A stretch of DNA of 64,000 nucleotides from Subdoligranulum sp. CAG:314 (lineage in GTDB: Bacteria; Bacillota; Clostridia; Christensenellales; CAG-314), in the NCBI GenBank assembly GCA_000437915.1, contig FR901000.1, positions 183,244 to 247,243 of the forward strand, given 5' to 3'. Positions 25,563-35,626 of the stretch are shown one piece after another; the first letter of the stretch is position 1; every line of letters begins with the position of its first letter. The notes under the pieces are model-generated. The model was given only the letters and a program-made list of their open reading frames with translations, was not told the origin of the DNA and did not search any database. The translations under genes were made by a program, and so were the position numbers.

Positions 25563-27620
25563 TCAATCGTCATTGCAGAGGCGCGGATAAACGAGACTGC
25601 CCCTGATTCTGTCTACGCCCGCCTTCAAAACGGCGCTCATATCGAACAGCGCAAACTGCCGCCCGTTCAAGGTATCCAGATAACAGTATACCTTTCTGAG
25701 AATTTCCTGCCTGCGTTTAAATCCGACGTAAGGATGAAAGGACAAAACGAACACGCTCGCGGAAAAATCCGCGCCGAGCGTTTTGCGCACCAGATAAATT
25801 TTTTCCAAATCCTTGCCGCAGACCGACAGGATGTGGCTTACAATCTCGTCGAGAAGCTGTTGAGGAATCCCGTCCTCGCGCGACAAACGGTCGCTGCGGG
25901 CAAGCGTCGAAAGCTTCGAATATTGGTCAACGCTTTTCTGCGCCAGCTCCGTCGCCCTTTCCCTGTGCCAGTCAAGACCTTTTTCTTCCCCTTTGAGACA
26001 AAAATATCTGCCCAGCACCTGAATGCCCTCCTCTATGAAATTCTGATTTTCCATTGCGGTGTAGACAAGTTCGACGCCTTTTTCGTCGTATCGGCTCAAA
26101 AGCATACAGCCTTTTATATAATACCCCATGCAGGAGGCGGGACGGGGCAGCTGCTCGATTACGCGCTCGCACAGCCTTTCCGCGTCGGAGTTTCTGCCCA
26201 GCCTGCGCAAATCCTGAATCAGGTCGTAATACTCGTGCGCGACAAGGGGACAATTTGCCTTTTCCCATTCCTCCACGCGCAGAGCGGGCTTGAGGAAATT
26301 CTTTTCGCGCTCGCTTGCGTAAACATCTCTTGTGCGGGCATATACGTATTTTTCCATTTCCTCCATGGCGGCAAGGCAATCCTTAGCCAATTCGGGAGAC
26401 TTTTGCTCGTCGCACAAAACAACGTTTGTCACTCCGAGCGTTTTAAGGCGCATACTCAGCGTCGGGTGCGACGAGGAGCGGGAAAGTATTTCGTCAAGCT
26501 CTATTTTGAGCCACTCCTCCCTGCGGATGCCAAGCCTTTCGCGGAACGCCTTAACGTAACGCTTCAAGCAGTCCTCGGGCGCGTTTTCCTCCTGAAATGC
26601 AGGCGGCTCGTCGTAGCCGCCCTTTTCCCACTCGTACAGCTCGAAAAAACCCAGCTTGGCAAGACCGGAAGCGCCTTTTTCCGCGTTTCCGTACCGCGCA
26701 ATCGCGCTGTCGGCTTCGTTTTCTTTCAGAATGGACACCGTATAGGCGTAAAGCTCGTAGTTCAACAAATACAGCGCGTCCAAAAATGCGAACATATAGG
26801 GCGTGAGGGCGTAGAGGGCGTTTTCGTTTCTGTCTTCGCAAAGCCAGACGTAAAACCTTCTTTCCGCCGCCGCGGCGTCGGACTCCCCCTTCAAATGCGC
26901 GAACTCGTGCAGCAAAACCGCGTAAAGCTCCTCGTCCGAAAGCATGTCCAACAAAATCGCCCCCAAATCGAGAGAAATGACTCCGTCCATATCGGCAACG
27001 CCGGCGTTTACGCCGGGGTTGAGAAAAATTTTTATTTTCCCGCGACAACCCAAAGCCGCCGCGGCTTTTTTCGCAAGGGCGTAAACCGTCGGATAGTGAA
27101 GAAAGGAAATATATTTTTTGCCGAAGTCGCTTAAAAGCGTCTTGATCGAAAAGCGAATGCGGGAAAAGCCGAACGTACAGCAATACGCTGCGTAAACGCC
27201 TATCAACACGGCAGCGCCGTTGCCCGCCAGAGCGCCGCCGCAAAATGCCGTGCACGCGCCCGACATACCCAGACAAACCGCGTACCAATCGGAGCGAAAA
27301 CGGATTCTTCTAAGCTGTTCGAGCAGCTCCTCCGACTTCTGTCGGGCAAATTCTCTGTGGGAATACAGATATTCCTGTCCGTCTTTGAGCTTCATTTTTT
27401 TCAGTTTTTCAAAATACTTTTTGCGCAGAATGAGATTTACAGACAAAAAAAGCACGGGAAAGACGAAAGAAACAACAAGCAGCGCCACAAGAAGCTTTTC
27501 CGCCCGCCACGCGACGCCGTGCAGCAGGCAGCCTCCCGCAGCTGCGACGCCTGCCGTCGTCAACGCCCCCAAAAAAAGCAGACAGTCCTGAAAACGACGT
27601 CCGACACTCTTTACAGGCAT
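25563..27620 (-). CDS. Membrane-bound M48-like zinc metallopeptidase with a long C-terminal helical domain
   Basis: 685 aa with AGGAGG upstream. It has several N-terminal TM helices and HEXXH as LLHEFAHLKG. The C-terminal ~350 aa is helical and possibly TPR-like. Confidence 0.75.
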   Translation of the reverse strand: MPVKSVGRRFQDCLLFLGALTTAGVAAAGGCLLHGVAWRAEKLLVALLVVSFVFPVLFLSVNLILRKKYFEKLKKMKLKDGQEYLYSHREFARQKSEELLEQLRRIRFRSDWYAVCLGMSGACTAFCGGALAGNGAAVLIGVYAAYCCTFGFSRIRFSIKTLLSDFGKKYISFLHYPTVYALAKKAAAALGCRGKIKIFLNPGVNAGVADMDGVISLDLGAILLDMLSDEELYAVLLHEFAHLKGESDAAAAERRFYVWLCEDRNENALYALTPYMFAFLDALYLLNYELYAYTVSILKENEADSAIARYGNAEKGASGLAKLGFFELYEWEKGGYDEPPAFQEENAPEDCLKRYVKAFRERLGIRREEWLKIELDEILSRSSSHPTLSMRLKTLGVTNVVLCDEQKSPELAKDCLAAMEEMEKYVYARTRDVYASEREKNFLKPALRVEEWEKANCPLVAHEYYDLIQDLRRLGRNSDAERLCERVIEQLPRPASCMGYYIKGCMLLSRYDEKGVELVYTAMENQNFIEEGIQVLGRYFCLKGEEKGLDWHRERATELAQKSVDQYSKLSTLARSDRLSREDGIPQQLLDEIVSHILSVCGKDLEKIYLVRKTLGADFSASVFVLSFHPYVGFKRRQEILRKVYCYLDTLNGRQFALFDMSAVLKAGVDRIRGSLVYPRLCNDD

Positions 27621-27764
27621 ATTTGCCCCTCCTTGTCTCAGATGTTTTCTGCATTATAGCACACAGCGCGCAAAAAAGAAAGAATTTTGTCGATTTTTCA
27701 AAATTTTCCCAAAGCGCGCTCGAAAAACGGTTTAAGCTTAAATGTTTAAGTCAATACTGTCTTT

Positions 27765-28211
27765 ATGCTTATCAAACTGATGCAATTTGTAGAGGAAAAG
27801 GTCGCCGAGGGACTTAGCGTCGCGCAGGCTCTCAGACTTTTTTCGCACGAAAACAAGCTCACCATGCAGAGCGTCAAGCAATGCTTCGACCAGATGCTTT
27901 CAAGCCTTTGCAAACACCCGAAGCTCGCCAAGCGTCTCGGAGTCAACCTCGAGGCTCTGACCAATCCCGCCAACAAATACTCCGCCAAAGAGCTTTTAAA
28001 CTATGTGTGCAACAATCCCTGCGCAACGCCCATGAAATGTATGTACGACCTTGCCTTCGGGGACAGAGAGCTTGCCAAAAAGCTTTTGAGGAGATATCTT
28101 ACGTTTTTCACTTATACCCGTCCCGTGACGCCCAAACGCGCTTACGCCTCCTCCGCTTTGGAGGTGCAAGCCAAATACTTTATCAACCACCTGAACAAAA
28201 CCGCAAAATAG
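27765..28211 (+). CDS. Hypothetical protein
   Basis: 148-aa ORF followed 10 nt later by a strong terminator hairpin. No SD and no recognisable motif. It ends in TAG. Confidence 0.5.
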   Translation: MLIKLMQFVEEKVAEGLSVAQALRLFSHENKLTMQSVKQCFDQMLSSLCKHPKLAKRLGVNLEALTNPANKYSAKELLNYVCNNPCATPMKCMYDLAFGDRELAKKLLRRYLTFFTYTRPVTPKRAYASSALEVQAKYFINHLNKTAK

Positions 28212-28220
28212 ACAATAAAA

Positions 28221-28254
28221 AATACCGACCGAATTAGGTCGGTATTTTGTTTTC
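28221..28254. terminator. Bidirectional rho-independent terminator
   Basis: aataccgacc-gaatta-ggtcggtatt followed by TTTGTTTTCGTTTT. The last codons of tadA on the minus strand run through the hairpin. Confidence 0.7.
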
Positions 28255-28719
28255 GTTTTCCTGTCTGTTTTTTCGTTTGTCTTTGAAATAGTCCGTCAAA
28301 AGTCTTGCGCAGCGCTCCTTCAAAAAACCGCCCTCTACAATCGGCCGGTGGTTGAACCGCACGTCACCCGTCAGATTGTAAAGCGAGCCGCAGCAGCCCG
28401 CCTTTGGGTCTGACGCGCCGAAGTAAACCGCGTCGATACGCGAATTGATTATCGCGCCGGCGCACATTGGGCAAGGCTCAAGCGTCACGTACAGCTCGCA
28501 GCCGACAAGCCTCCAACTTTTTAGCTTTCTGCACGCTTTTTCTATGGCAAGCAACTCCGCGTGCGCCGTGGCGGACTGTTTGTTTTCCCGCCTGTTGTGC
28601 GCGCGCGCGATAATTTTCCCCTCGCAGACGACAACGGCGCCGACGGGAACCTCGTGCTCGGCGGGCGCCTTGTCCGCCTCTTTGAGGGCGTCAAGCATGA
28701 ATTTTTCTTCGTATGCCAT
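28234..28719 (-). CDS. tadA: tRNA-specific adenosine deaminase
   Basis: Deaminase zinc motifs HAELLAI and TLEPCPMCAGA. The ATG at 28719 has AGGGAG upstream. The longer track ORF (to 28884) overlaps the upstream gene and adds non-homologous sequence. Confidence 0.9.
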   Translation of the reverse strand: MAYEEKFMLDALKEADKAPAEHEVPVGAVVVCEGKIIARAHNRRENKQSATAHAELLAIEKACRKLKSWRLVGCELYVTLEPCPMCAGAIINSRIDAVYFGASDPKAGCCGSLYNLTGDVRFNHRPIVEGGFLKERCARLLTDYFKDKRKNRQENENKIPT

Positions 28720-28750
28720 AAAAAGCTCCCTTTTTGCGTCAAACAAGACG

Positions 28751-29674
28751 TCAGCGCTCGCTTTCTCTCCCTTCGCGCACGTCCTCGTCCGGCAAAACTC
28801 TTCTTTTTTGTATTCTGTCCTCGCGCGCCACCGTGTTGAGCAGTCTGCGCGGAATATCGTCGTTCTGATAAAGGATTTTTTCAAACTCCGAATAGGGAAA
28901 CGGATGCGAAAACTTGTCGCTTCCCACCTCTATGGTAAAGCTCGGAATATTGAAATGCTCTATGCACCAATCCTTGTAGCCCCCCGTGCTTGCGCCGTCG
29001 TTGCTGACCAGAGCGTATCCCGTCTGCTCGGAAATGGAACGCGCCAGACGATAATGTCTCCAAATGGTGTCCTTGTCCTTCTGAAAAAACCGCCAGTAAA
29101 TTATCTCGCCCTTGCAGTGATAGCTGATTGTCGCAAGAGGCTTAACCGCTTTGGTAAATCTGATGAGATTTTTCGTCTCCTTTTCGCTGTTTGGCGTTTT
29201 GCCTACATAGTTTGCGCCGGCGCGGAAAAACACGTTTCGCTTGCCCTGCCCCCATCTCGCGTCGAAATTGGTGTTCAAATCCACGCCGTTGATGTTGGCT
29301 TTCCAAAGCGAAAAATCCGGACCGCCGTTGATTTGGAGCAGATTTTTTTTAAGCTCCTTGTTTCGGATAAAGCCCGCCCCCTCCTGCGCCAGCCTCACGC
29401 CGTCGGGATTCGTCATGGGTATGAAATATATACCCCCGTCAAGCAAAAGCTCGGGGTGCTTCAAAAGGTGCTTTGCCTGACACACCACAAGCAGACTTGT
29501 TATATGCTCCCGCGCGTGAATGCCCCCCTGAACGATTATGCACCGCCCCTCCTTGTTTCCCACAAAGATATAGGGCGTGGCCTGCCCCAGCGTGCTGTCG
29601 CCTATGCTCCCCGTTTCCACGCCGTGCTTTTCAAACAACTCGACTTCTTTAAGCAAATCCTGATAACGGAACAT
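28751..29674 (-). CDS. M14-family zinc carboxypeptidase (gamma-D-glutamyl-meso-DAP peptidase-like)
   Basis: 307 aa with the zinc-ligand motif QGGIHAREHITS and a later SYHCKGEIIYW, typical of the M14 peptidoglycan-peptide hydrolases. Confidence 0.85.
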   Translation of the reverse strand: MFRYQDLLKEVELFEKHGVETGSIGDSTLGQATPYIFVGNKEGRCIIVQGGIHAREHITSLLVVCQAKHLLKHPELLLDGGIYFIPMTNPDGVRLAQEGAGFIRNKELKKNLLQINGGPDFSLWKANINGVDLNTNFDARWGQGKRNVFFRAGANYVGKTPNSEKETKNLIRFTKAVKPLATISYHCKGEIIYWRFFQKDKDTIWRHYRLARSISEQTGYALVSNDGASTGGYKDWCIEHFNIPSFTIEVGSDKFSHPFPYSEFEKILYQNDDIPRRLLNTVAREDRIQKRRVLPDEDVREGRESER

Positions 29675-29761
29675 TTTTTCAACCCCCTAGCATACTCATT
29701 TTACATTGTATGAATAAGGGTATGCCTACGGTGCTCCGTTTCGGAAATTTTTATCCTGTTT

Positions 29762-30229
29762 TTATTTGTGGTAAACCGAATTGGCGTTTATCATGAAAGC
29801 GCGGTACACCTGCTCCGCAAGCACGACTCTGCAAAGAGTGTGCGGGAGAGTTATTTTCCCGAAGCTCAGCCTGAGCCTTGCCGCATCCTTTACGCTCCGG
29901 TGCAGCCCGTGGCTGCCGCCCACCACAAAGGTAAAGACGGAATTGTTCATCTTTTCCCGATGGATAAGAGAAGCGATTTCCGTGCTCGACATCTGCCGTC
30001 CGTCTATATCCAGCGCGACGGTATAGCCTTGAAGTCGGGGCAGAATCTGCTCCGCTTCCTTTTTCAGCGCCGCGTTGACAGACGCTTCGCCCGTATCCCT
30101 GACGTCTCCCTCGTCCGCCTCGAAAATCTCCACGGCGGCAAATCTGTCAAGCCGCTTGACGTACTCCGCCAACGCTTCGGCGTACCATTTTTCTTTTATT
30201 TTGCCGACAGCCAAGATTTTTATTTTCAT
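29762..30229 (-). CDS. rlmH: 23S rRNA (pseudouridine1915-N3)-methyltransferase
   Basis: 155 aa. MKIKILAVGKIK...GGSHGL...LSFGKITLPH...YHK is the SPOUT RlmH signature. Confidence 0.92.
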   Translation of the reverse strand: MKIKILAVGKIKEKWYAEALAEYVKRLDRFAAVEIFEADEGDVRDTGEASVNAALKKEAEQILPRLQGYTVALDIDGRQMSSTEIASLIHREKMNNSVFTFVVGGSHGLHRSVKDAARLRLSFGKITLPHTLCRVVLAEQVYRAFMINANSVYHK

Positions 30230-31122
30230 TTTGCAAACAGCGCGCTAAGCCAAAACAGCACGCACACAAACAGTGCGGGCAGCAGCAAAAGCAAAGTAAA
30301 GTTTTTTTCTCGGGCGTCCTTGTCGCAGCCCTCCGGCACGACGAACCTTCTGCGCTTGTACAGCAGCCAAACAAGGGGAAGTGCGCAAGCCGCGCCCGCA
30401 AGTATAAATATATACCAATAATCCATGCTCCAAGCGTCTATTTTTTCGCCCAGCGTAAGAGAAAGCACGACGGTAAGCAGATTGTTGAAAAGGTGCGCCG
30501 CAAAGGAGCACCAGAAGCTTCCCGTAACGAGTATATAAAACACCAGCAGAAAGCCCATAACAAACTGATGCAGCGTCTGAGCGGGATTCATATGAAAGAG
30601 CGAAAACAGCGCGCCTCCCAGCAAAGACGCACTCCACAAGCCCGTTTCGGCAAGTCCGTTGCCCAACGCGCCTCTGAACACCAGCTCCTCGCAAAAAGCG
30701 GGCATAATGCAAGCCACGACAATCAGCAGGACGACGTTCCCCGCAGTGCCGGTTACCGGTACGGAGACGGAGACTTCAAAGCCCATCCATTCAAACCAAT
30801 TTACGATAAAGTTTTGTAAGGGCAGCATAAAAGCCAGCGTTCCCGCCCCCGCGCCCATCGTCAAAAACACGTCCGCAACACGCGGCTTGACGTCAAGCGA
30901 CGCAGCGGAAAAAAAAGAAATATTTTTGCTCTTGCAGTAAAGCGCGACCACTCCCGCAAGCGACGCTTGAAGAATCACGTTGACGCACCAAAAGCCCGCC
31001 TCCCCATCGAGAGAGGGGAAAACCGTAAGCAGCATGGAATAGAGCAGGTTGATTATCAGCACGGCAAAAACGGTAAAGGAAAAGATTCTCAGACCGTCGT
31101 TTTTATCGAATTTATCAATCAT
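30226..31122 (-). CDS. CPBP-family intramembrane glutamic endopeptidase (CAAX protease-like)
   Basis: Motifs CEELVFRG, FSLFHM and HLFNN in a polytopic protein. The ATG at 31122 overlaps the upstream stop by 8 nt, and its own stop overlaps the rlmH start. Confidence 0.85.
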   Translation of the reverse strand: MIDKFDKNDGLRIFSFTVFAVLIINLLYSMLLTVFPSLDGEAGFWCVNVILQASLAGVVALYCKSKNISFFSAASLDVKPRVADVFLTMGAGAGTLAFMLPLQNFIVNWFEWMGFEVSVSVPVTGTAGNVVLLIVVACIMPAFCEELVFRGALGNGLAETGLWSASLLGGALFSLFHMNPAQTLHQFVMGFLLVFYILVTGSFWCSFAAHLFNNLLTVVLSLTLGEKIDAWSMDYWYIFILAGAACALPLVWLLYKRRRFVVPEGCDKDAREKNFTLLLLLPALFVCVLFWLSALFAK

Positions 31123-31909
31123 CCGTATCCAACACCTCGCTTTTCGTATATTGCTTGGCCACGATAATTTTAAGCTCCCTGCCCTCTCTGAAATCGCGCG
31201 CCGCAAGCGCCTGCACAGCGCCTGCGAAGGCCAGCTCGGCAGAATTGTTCTCCTCGCTCAGGTGCGCAAGCACCACCGTCTTGACGCTTGTGGGCGCAAG
31301 CCTGACAATCAGCTCGCAAGCCTGCGCGTTTGACAGATGCCCGCACTCCGACATGATTCTGCGTTTGAGCGCCGCGGGATACCTGCCCGACCTCAACATC
31401 GTTTCGTCGTAATTGCTTTCGAGAACCACAGCCTCGCATCCGCCGACAAAAGCGTCGAAACCGCCGTTTACAAATCCCGTATCCGTGACCGTCGCTATGC
31501 TTTTGCCCGTCGCGTTTTCCGTTATCTTAAAGCCGCAGCAAAACGCGCTGTCATGAGAGCAGACGTAAAAATCCACCGAAACCCCCTTGAAAACAAAGGG
31601 AGCGCCAAAACCGATTACCCTTTGCATATCGGGCGCAACCCGCACGTCCAAAGCCCGCGCGCCTTTTTCGTGCACGAAAACGACGGCTTTTTTGTTGTGT
31701 TCGAGAAACTTGGGCAGACCTGCGACGTGGTCCATGTGCTCGTGCGTGACAAGCACCGCGTCGACGTCGTCTATGTCCACCCCTATGTCGGCGAGAGATT
31801 TTTTTGCGGCGCAGTAGGACACGCCGCAGTCGATAAGTATTTTTGTATCCGGCGTAAAGGCAAGAGCCATATTGCCCTTGCTTCCGCTGAACAAAGTAAG
31901 GAATTTCAT
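31115..31909 (-). CDS. MBL-fold metallo-hydrolase (YycJ/WalJ-like)
   Basis: 264 aa with the HxHxDH motif LVTHEHMDHVAGL and a later AHLS. The size and its position upstream of rlmH recall Bacillus yycJ. Confidence 0.85.
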   Translation of the reverse strand: MKFLTLFSGSKGNMALAFTPDTKILIDCGVSYCAAKKSLADIGVDIDDVDAVLVTHEHMDHVAGLPKFLEHNKKAVVFVHEKGARALDVRVAPDMQRVIGFGAPFVFKGVSVDFYVCSHDSAFCCGFKITENATGKSIATVTDTGFVNGGFDAFVGGCEAVVLESNYDETMLRSGRYPAALKRRIMSECGHLSNAQACELIVRLAPTSVKTVVLAHLSEENNSAELAFAGAVQALAARDFREGRELKIIVAKQYTKSEVLDTDD

Positions 31910-31924
31910 CTTATACCGCGTTTT

Positions 31925-33493
31925 TCAGAGACTTTTCAAAATCTCCTCCCGTTTGCTTTTGTATTCTTCGCTGTTTTTGTCAAGTTTAAGCGTTTCGGCT
32001 ATCTCGTTCTGCTTTTCCCTCGTGACCTTGTATCTTAGAGAAATAAAAAATCCGATTGCCATGACAACGATCGGCAGAAAAGCGATGACGATTCTTACCG
32101 CAAGCATTGCCGAGTCGCTCTGAGCGACGGGCATGTAAGCCGTGCCGTTGTCGTATGGCTTTACGAAATAGCCGCTCAGGTCTGCGGGCGCCTCGTAGAC
32201 CGTTTCAAGATAGCCCGCCGCGCCGATAATAATTGGCGGAATCGCAAGCCCCACTGCCTGCGCCGTGGTGTTGAGGAAATTGGAAAGCCCCGAAAAGGCT
32301 CCTTCCGTCCTTTCGTTGAAATAAAGCTCGCCGACGTCGCAGACGTCTCCGAATGCCGTGTGGGGCACCAGCACGGGACCGCCTATGCCTATACCGATGA
32401 CAAACGCCAGCATACAGATAACCCAATCGGGCACCTGCGACACGATTTCAAGCGCGCCCGACGCGTCCAGCGTGTAGCTTTGCGCGGGCAGGAAGAAAAG
32501 CGCGAATGCCGTGACCGCCCAGACGATTGCGCCGAGACGATAAGCAAAGGTTTTGCTTTTGCGCTTGATGAGCCAAAAATAGAAGGGCAGCGCGAAAATC
32601 TGCGCGACGAACATAATTGCCGCAGCCACCGTCGCTATCGGGAAACGCGGAACGCCAAACTGCAAATTGGCGGCGTAGCTTCCTCTCCTTATCCAAAAAT
32701 CCATAAGCGTGAAGAAAAAGGAGGACATAATCGCCATGCCCATGCTTGAACACATCTGCATGCCCAGATACTGCCTGTACGATTTGAGCTTGAGAGGTCT
32801 GAAAAACTCTTTTATGTTTACTTTTGTTTTTACTGCGGGAGTTACAATCTGCTCTCTTGCAAACAGCGCGGTTATCAACACGGCGATACAGAAAATCCCG
32901 CCGAAAATCGCCGCCATGACGATATAGCTCTGCGCGCCCTTTTCCGGAGCGGCAATCATGCCGGGCACGGCGACGCACACTATGCTGGAAAAAATCGAAA
33001 AGCCCAGCCTGACCGAGTTCACCTTTGTGCGCTCGATGAAATCTCCGCTCATTTCGCTGCCCAGCGAATAGTAGGGAATGAGTATAAACGACTGCGTCGT
33101 GGCGTAAATCAGATACACGAGTATGACCAGCACGATTTTAAGCGGAACGCTTGTCGTAACGAGATTCCAAGGGAAAAACAAAAGAATGGTCGCCACAATG
33201 AGTATGGGCGCGCACACGAGCATGAAGAAACGGCGTTTGCCGAATCTGCCCGGCTGTTTTCCGTCGCTGATTTTCCCGATAAACGGGTCGATAATTCCGT
33301 CCCACACCTTGCTTATCAGCATGATGACGCTCACCCAATACATGGGTATGCCGACGGTAAGCGTCAAAAAGGGCACGAACAGAAAGTTTATTATGTTGAA
33401 GCTGCCCCCTCCGAAGATATCGCCGCTGGCAAACGCAAGTTTGTTTTTCAACCCGACCTTTTGAGCCGTATTTTCCACAGGTAATTTTTCCAT
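31925..33493 (-). CDS. GPH-family (glycoside-pentoside-hexuronide:cation) MFS symporter
   Basis: 522 aa and polytopic. The family signature is present: DGIIDPFIGKISDGKQPGRFGKRRFF. GGAGG lies upstream. Confidence 0.85.
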   Translation of the reverse strand: MEKLPVENTAQKVGLKNKLAFASGDIFGGGSFNIINFLFVPFLTLTVGIPMYWVSVIMLISKVWDGIIDPFIGKISDGKQPGRFGKRRFFMLVCAPILIVATILLFFPWNLVTTSVPLKIVLVILVYLIYATTQSFILIPYYSLGSEMSGDFIERTKVNSVRLGFSIFSSIVCVAVPGMIAAPEKGAQSYIVMAAIFGGIFCIAVLITALFAREQIVTPAVKTKVNIKEFFRPLKLKSYRQYLGMQMCSSMGMAIMSSFFFTLMDFWIRRGSYAANLQFGVPRFPIATVAAAIMFVAQIFALPFYFWLIKRKSKTFAYRLGAIVWAVTAFALFFLPAQSYTLDASGALEIVSQVPDWVICMLAFVIGIGIGGPVLVPHTAFGDVCDVGELYFNERTEGAFSGLSNFLNTTAQAVGLAIPPIIIGAAGYLETVYEAPADLSGYFVKPYDNGTAYMPVAQSDSAMLAVRIVIAFLPIVVMAIGFFISLRYKVTREKQNEIAETLKLDKNSEEYKSKREEILKSL

Positions 33494-33505
33494 TTTTTTC
33501 CTCCG

Positions 33506-34603
33506 TCAAACATTGAAACGGAACAGCACAACGTCGCCGTCCTTTATTTCGTAGTCCTTTCCCTCGCTCCTGACCTTGCCGCGCTCCTTGGCGTTTGTGT
33601 AATTGCCGCATTCGAGCAGCGTTTGGTAGGGCACGACCTCGGCGCGTATGAAGCCTCTCTCGAAATCGGAGTGGATTTTGCCCGCGGCCTGCGGAGCCTT
33701 GGTTCCCCTTTCCACCGTCCAGGCGCGTGTTTCCTTTTCCCCCGCCGTGAGATAAGAAATAAGCCCCAAAAGCTCGTAGCACTTTTTGACAAGTCGATTG
33801 AGTCCGCTTTCCTCTATGCCGTAGCTGTCGAGAAACATTTGCTTTTCCCCGTCGTCAAGAGAGGACAACTCCTCCTCCACCTTGGCGCAGATGACGAGAG
33901 TCTGCGCGCCCTCCTCGGCGGCGCGCCGCCTCACGCGCGCAACGGCGGGCAGCCCGTCCTCGCTTTTACCCAAATCCGACTCGGAAATGTTGGCGGCGTA
34001 AACGACGGGCTTTGCCGTCAGAAGAAACAGCTCGTTTACCTTTGCCCTTTCCTCCGCGTCAAGTGCAACGCTGCGGGCGGGTTTTCCCTCGCTCAGCGCC
34101 GCGTAAACCTTGTCCAGCGCCCCGACCTCCGAGGCGTAGGACTTGTCCCCCTTGTTGAGCAATGCTTTTGCCTTTTCCAGACGGGACTTTACCGTTTCGA
34201 GGTCGGCAAGCACGAGCTCCAAATTGATTGTGTCCATATCCGCCACAGGGTCGATTTTGTCGGATACGTGCGTCACGTCCGCGTCCTCAAAGCATCTGAC
34301 GACGTGAACTATCGCGTCAACCTCCCGTATGTGGCTTAAAAACTTGTTTCCCAGCCCCTCGCCGCGGCTTGCGCCCTTGACGAGTCCCGCTATATCCACG
34401 AATTTGAGATAAGTGGGCGTGATTTTTTTGCTGTCGTACAGCGCGGCAAGCTTGTCAAGCCTCTCGTCGGGCACGGCGACCACACCCACGTTCGGCTCGA
34501 TTGTGCAGAACGGATAGTTGGCTATTTCGGCTTTTGCCTGCGTTATCGCGTTGAACAGCGTGCTTTTGCCTACATTGGGCAGTCCCACGACACCTAATTT
34601 CAT
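33506..34603 (-). CDS. ychF: Redox-regulated ATPase YchF
   Basis: 365 aa. [21 protein letters not shown] (G1 motif) with the TGS-like C-terminus of YchF/OLA1. Confidence 0.95.
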   Translation of the reverse strand: MKLGVVGLPNVGKSTLFNAITQAKAEIANYPFCTIEPNVGVVAVPDERLDKLAALYDSKKITPTYLKFVDIAGLVKGASRGEGLGNKFLSHIREVDAIVHVVRCFEDADVTHVSDKIDPVADMDTINLELVLADLETVKSRLEKAKALLNKGDKSYASEVGALDKVYAALSEGKPARSVALDAEERAKVNELFLLTAKPVVYAANISESDLGKSEDGLPAVARVRRRAAEEGAQTLVICAKVEEELSSLDDGEKQMFLDSYGIEESGLNRLVKKCYELLGLISYLTAGEKETRAWTVERGTKAPQAAGKIHSDFERGFIRAEVVPYQTLLECGNYTNAKERGKVRSEGKDYEIKDGDVVLFRFNV

Positions 34604-34737
34604 AATTTCAGTTCTTTCTCCATATATTAACTAATGGTATGCGCCGGCAAAAGGCGCGAAAGCAACCTCTCAAAAAGCGCAATACAAAATGATTATACAC
34701 TAACCGACGCGGATTGTAAACAAGGAGAAAGGGCAAA

Positions 34738-35493
34738 ATGAATGTTTGGCAGAGTATTTTTTTCGGACTTATTCAGGGCTTCACCGAATTTCTGCCCGTT
34801 TCGAGCAGCGGACACCTGCTCCTCGTTTCCGCGCTTACGGGAGTGGAATGCCCGCTTTTCATGAGCGTTATGCTGCACGTAGGCACGCTTTTCGCCGTCA
34901 TAATCGCGTACAGAAAGCCGCTGCTGCAAATTCTTCGCCATCCGATTTCGGACAAACGCCTTTTGTACCTTGTCATAGCCAGCATACCGACGTTTATAAT
35001 TGCCGCGGCAGTCAAATTCTTTCTGCCCGAAGGCGTCGACAAATACATTCTGCCTGTCGGCTTTGCCTTAACTGCCGCCCTGCTTTTGCTTTCCAGTCTC
35101 AACAAAAACAAATTTTCCGTAGGCGAAAAGGGTGTGCTCCCCCTGTTGATAACGGGCGTCGCGCAGGGTATGGCTTGTTTCGCCGGCTTGTCGAGAAGCG
35201 GCGCCACCATCTGCACAATGAGCCTGTTCGACATCAAACGCGAGGAAAGCGGCGAATTCAGCTTTCTTTTGTCCATACCCGTGATTTTGGCAGGCGCGGC
35301 GGTAGAGCTGATCGAAGCCTTCGCCACTTCCGCAGAGATAAATTGGGGCAGCGTTTCAATCGGCGTCGTCGCGGCGTTTTTTGCCGGACTGCTTGCAATC
35401 GGCATAGTCCAAAAAGCGTTGAAAAACGCCGATTTCAAATGGTTTGCGCTCTATATGCCCGTACCCTTTCTTTTGAGCCTTCTTGTGCTTTAA
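34738..35493 (+). CDS. uppP: Undecaprenyl-diphosphate phosphatase
   Basis: 251 aa with AAGGAGAA upstream. The BacA motif GLIQGFTEFLPVSSSGHL is present, along with GLSRSGATI. Confidence 0.93.
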   Translation: MNVWQSIFFGLIQGFTEFLPVSSSGHLLLVSALTGVECPLFMSVMLHVGTLFAVIIAYRKPLLQILRHPISDKRLLYLVIASIPTFIIAAAVKFFLPEGVDKYILPVGFALTAALLLLSSLNKNKFSVGEKGVLPLLITGVAQGMACFAGLSRSGATICTMSLFDIKREESGEFSFLLSIPVILAGAAVELIEAFATSAEINWGSVSIGVVAAFFAGLLAIGIVQKALKNADFKWFALYMPVPFLLSLLVL

Positions 35494-35494
35494 G

Positions 35495-35527
35495 CAAGGC
35501 GGAAACTCCGCCCTTGTCTTTTTTACT
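35495..35527 (+). terminator. Rho-independent terminator
   Basis: caaggcgg-aaact-ccgcccttg (one bulge) followed by TCTTTTTT. Confidence 0.7.
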
Positions 35528-35626
35528 TTTTTCGCTCCCAAGCCGACAACACGCGCTTTTCGGCAGTCAAGCCGCAGTTGACCAGAAAACTCAAAAGCGT
35601 TATAATAAAAGCGTAAAGGAGTCGAA

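Noticed and set aside
28234-28254. The basic C-terminal tail of tadA (KDKRKNRQENENKIPT) runs through the terminator hairpin. It could be an extension artefact or a regulatory overlap.
   Set aside because: The likeliest cause is that the stop codon simply falls within the shared bidirectional terminator. The deaminase domain is complete well upstream, so I see no functional implication I can support.
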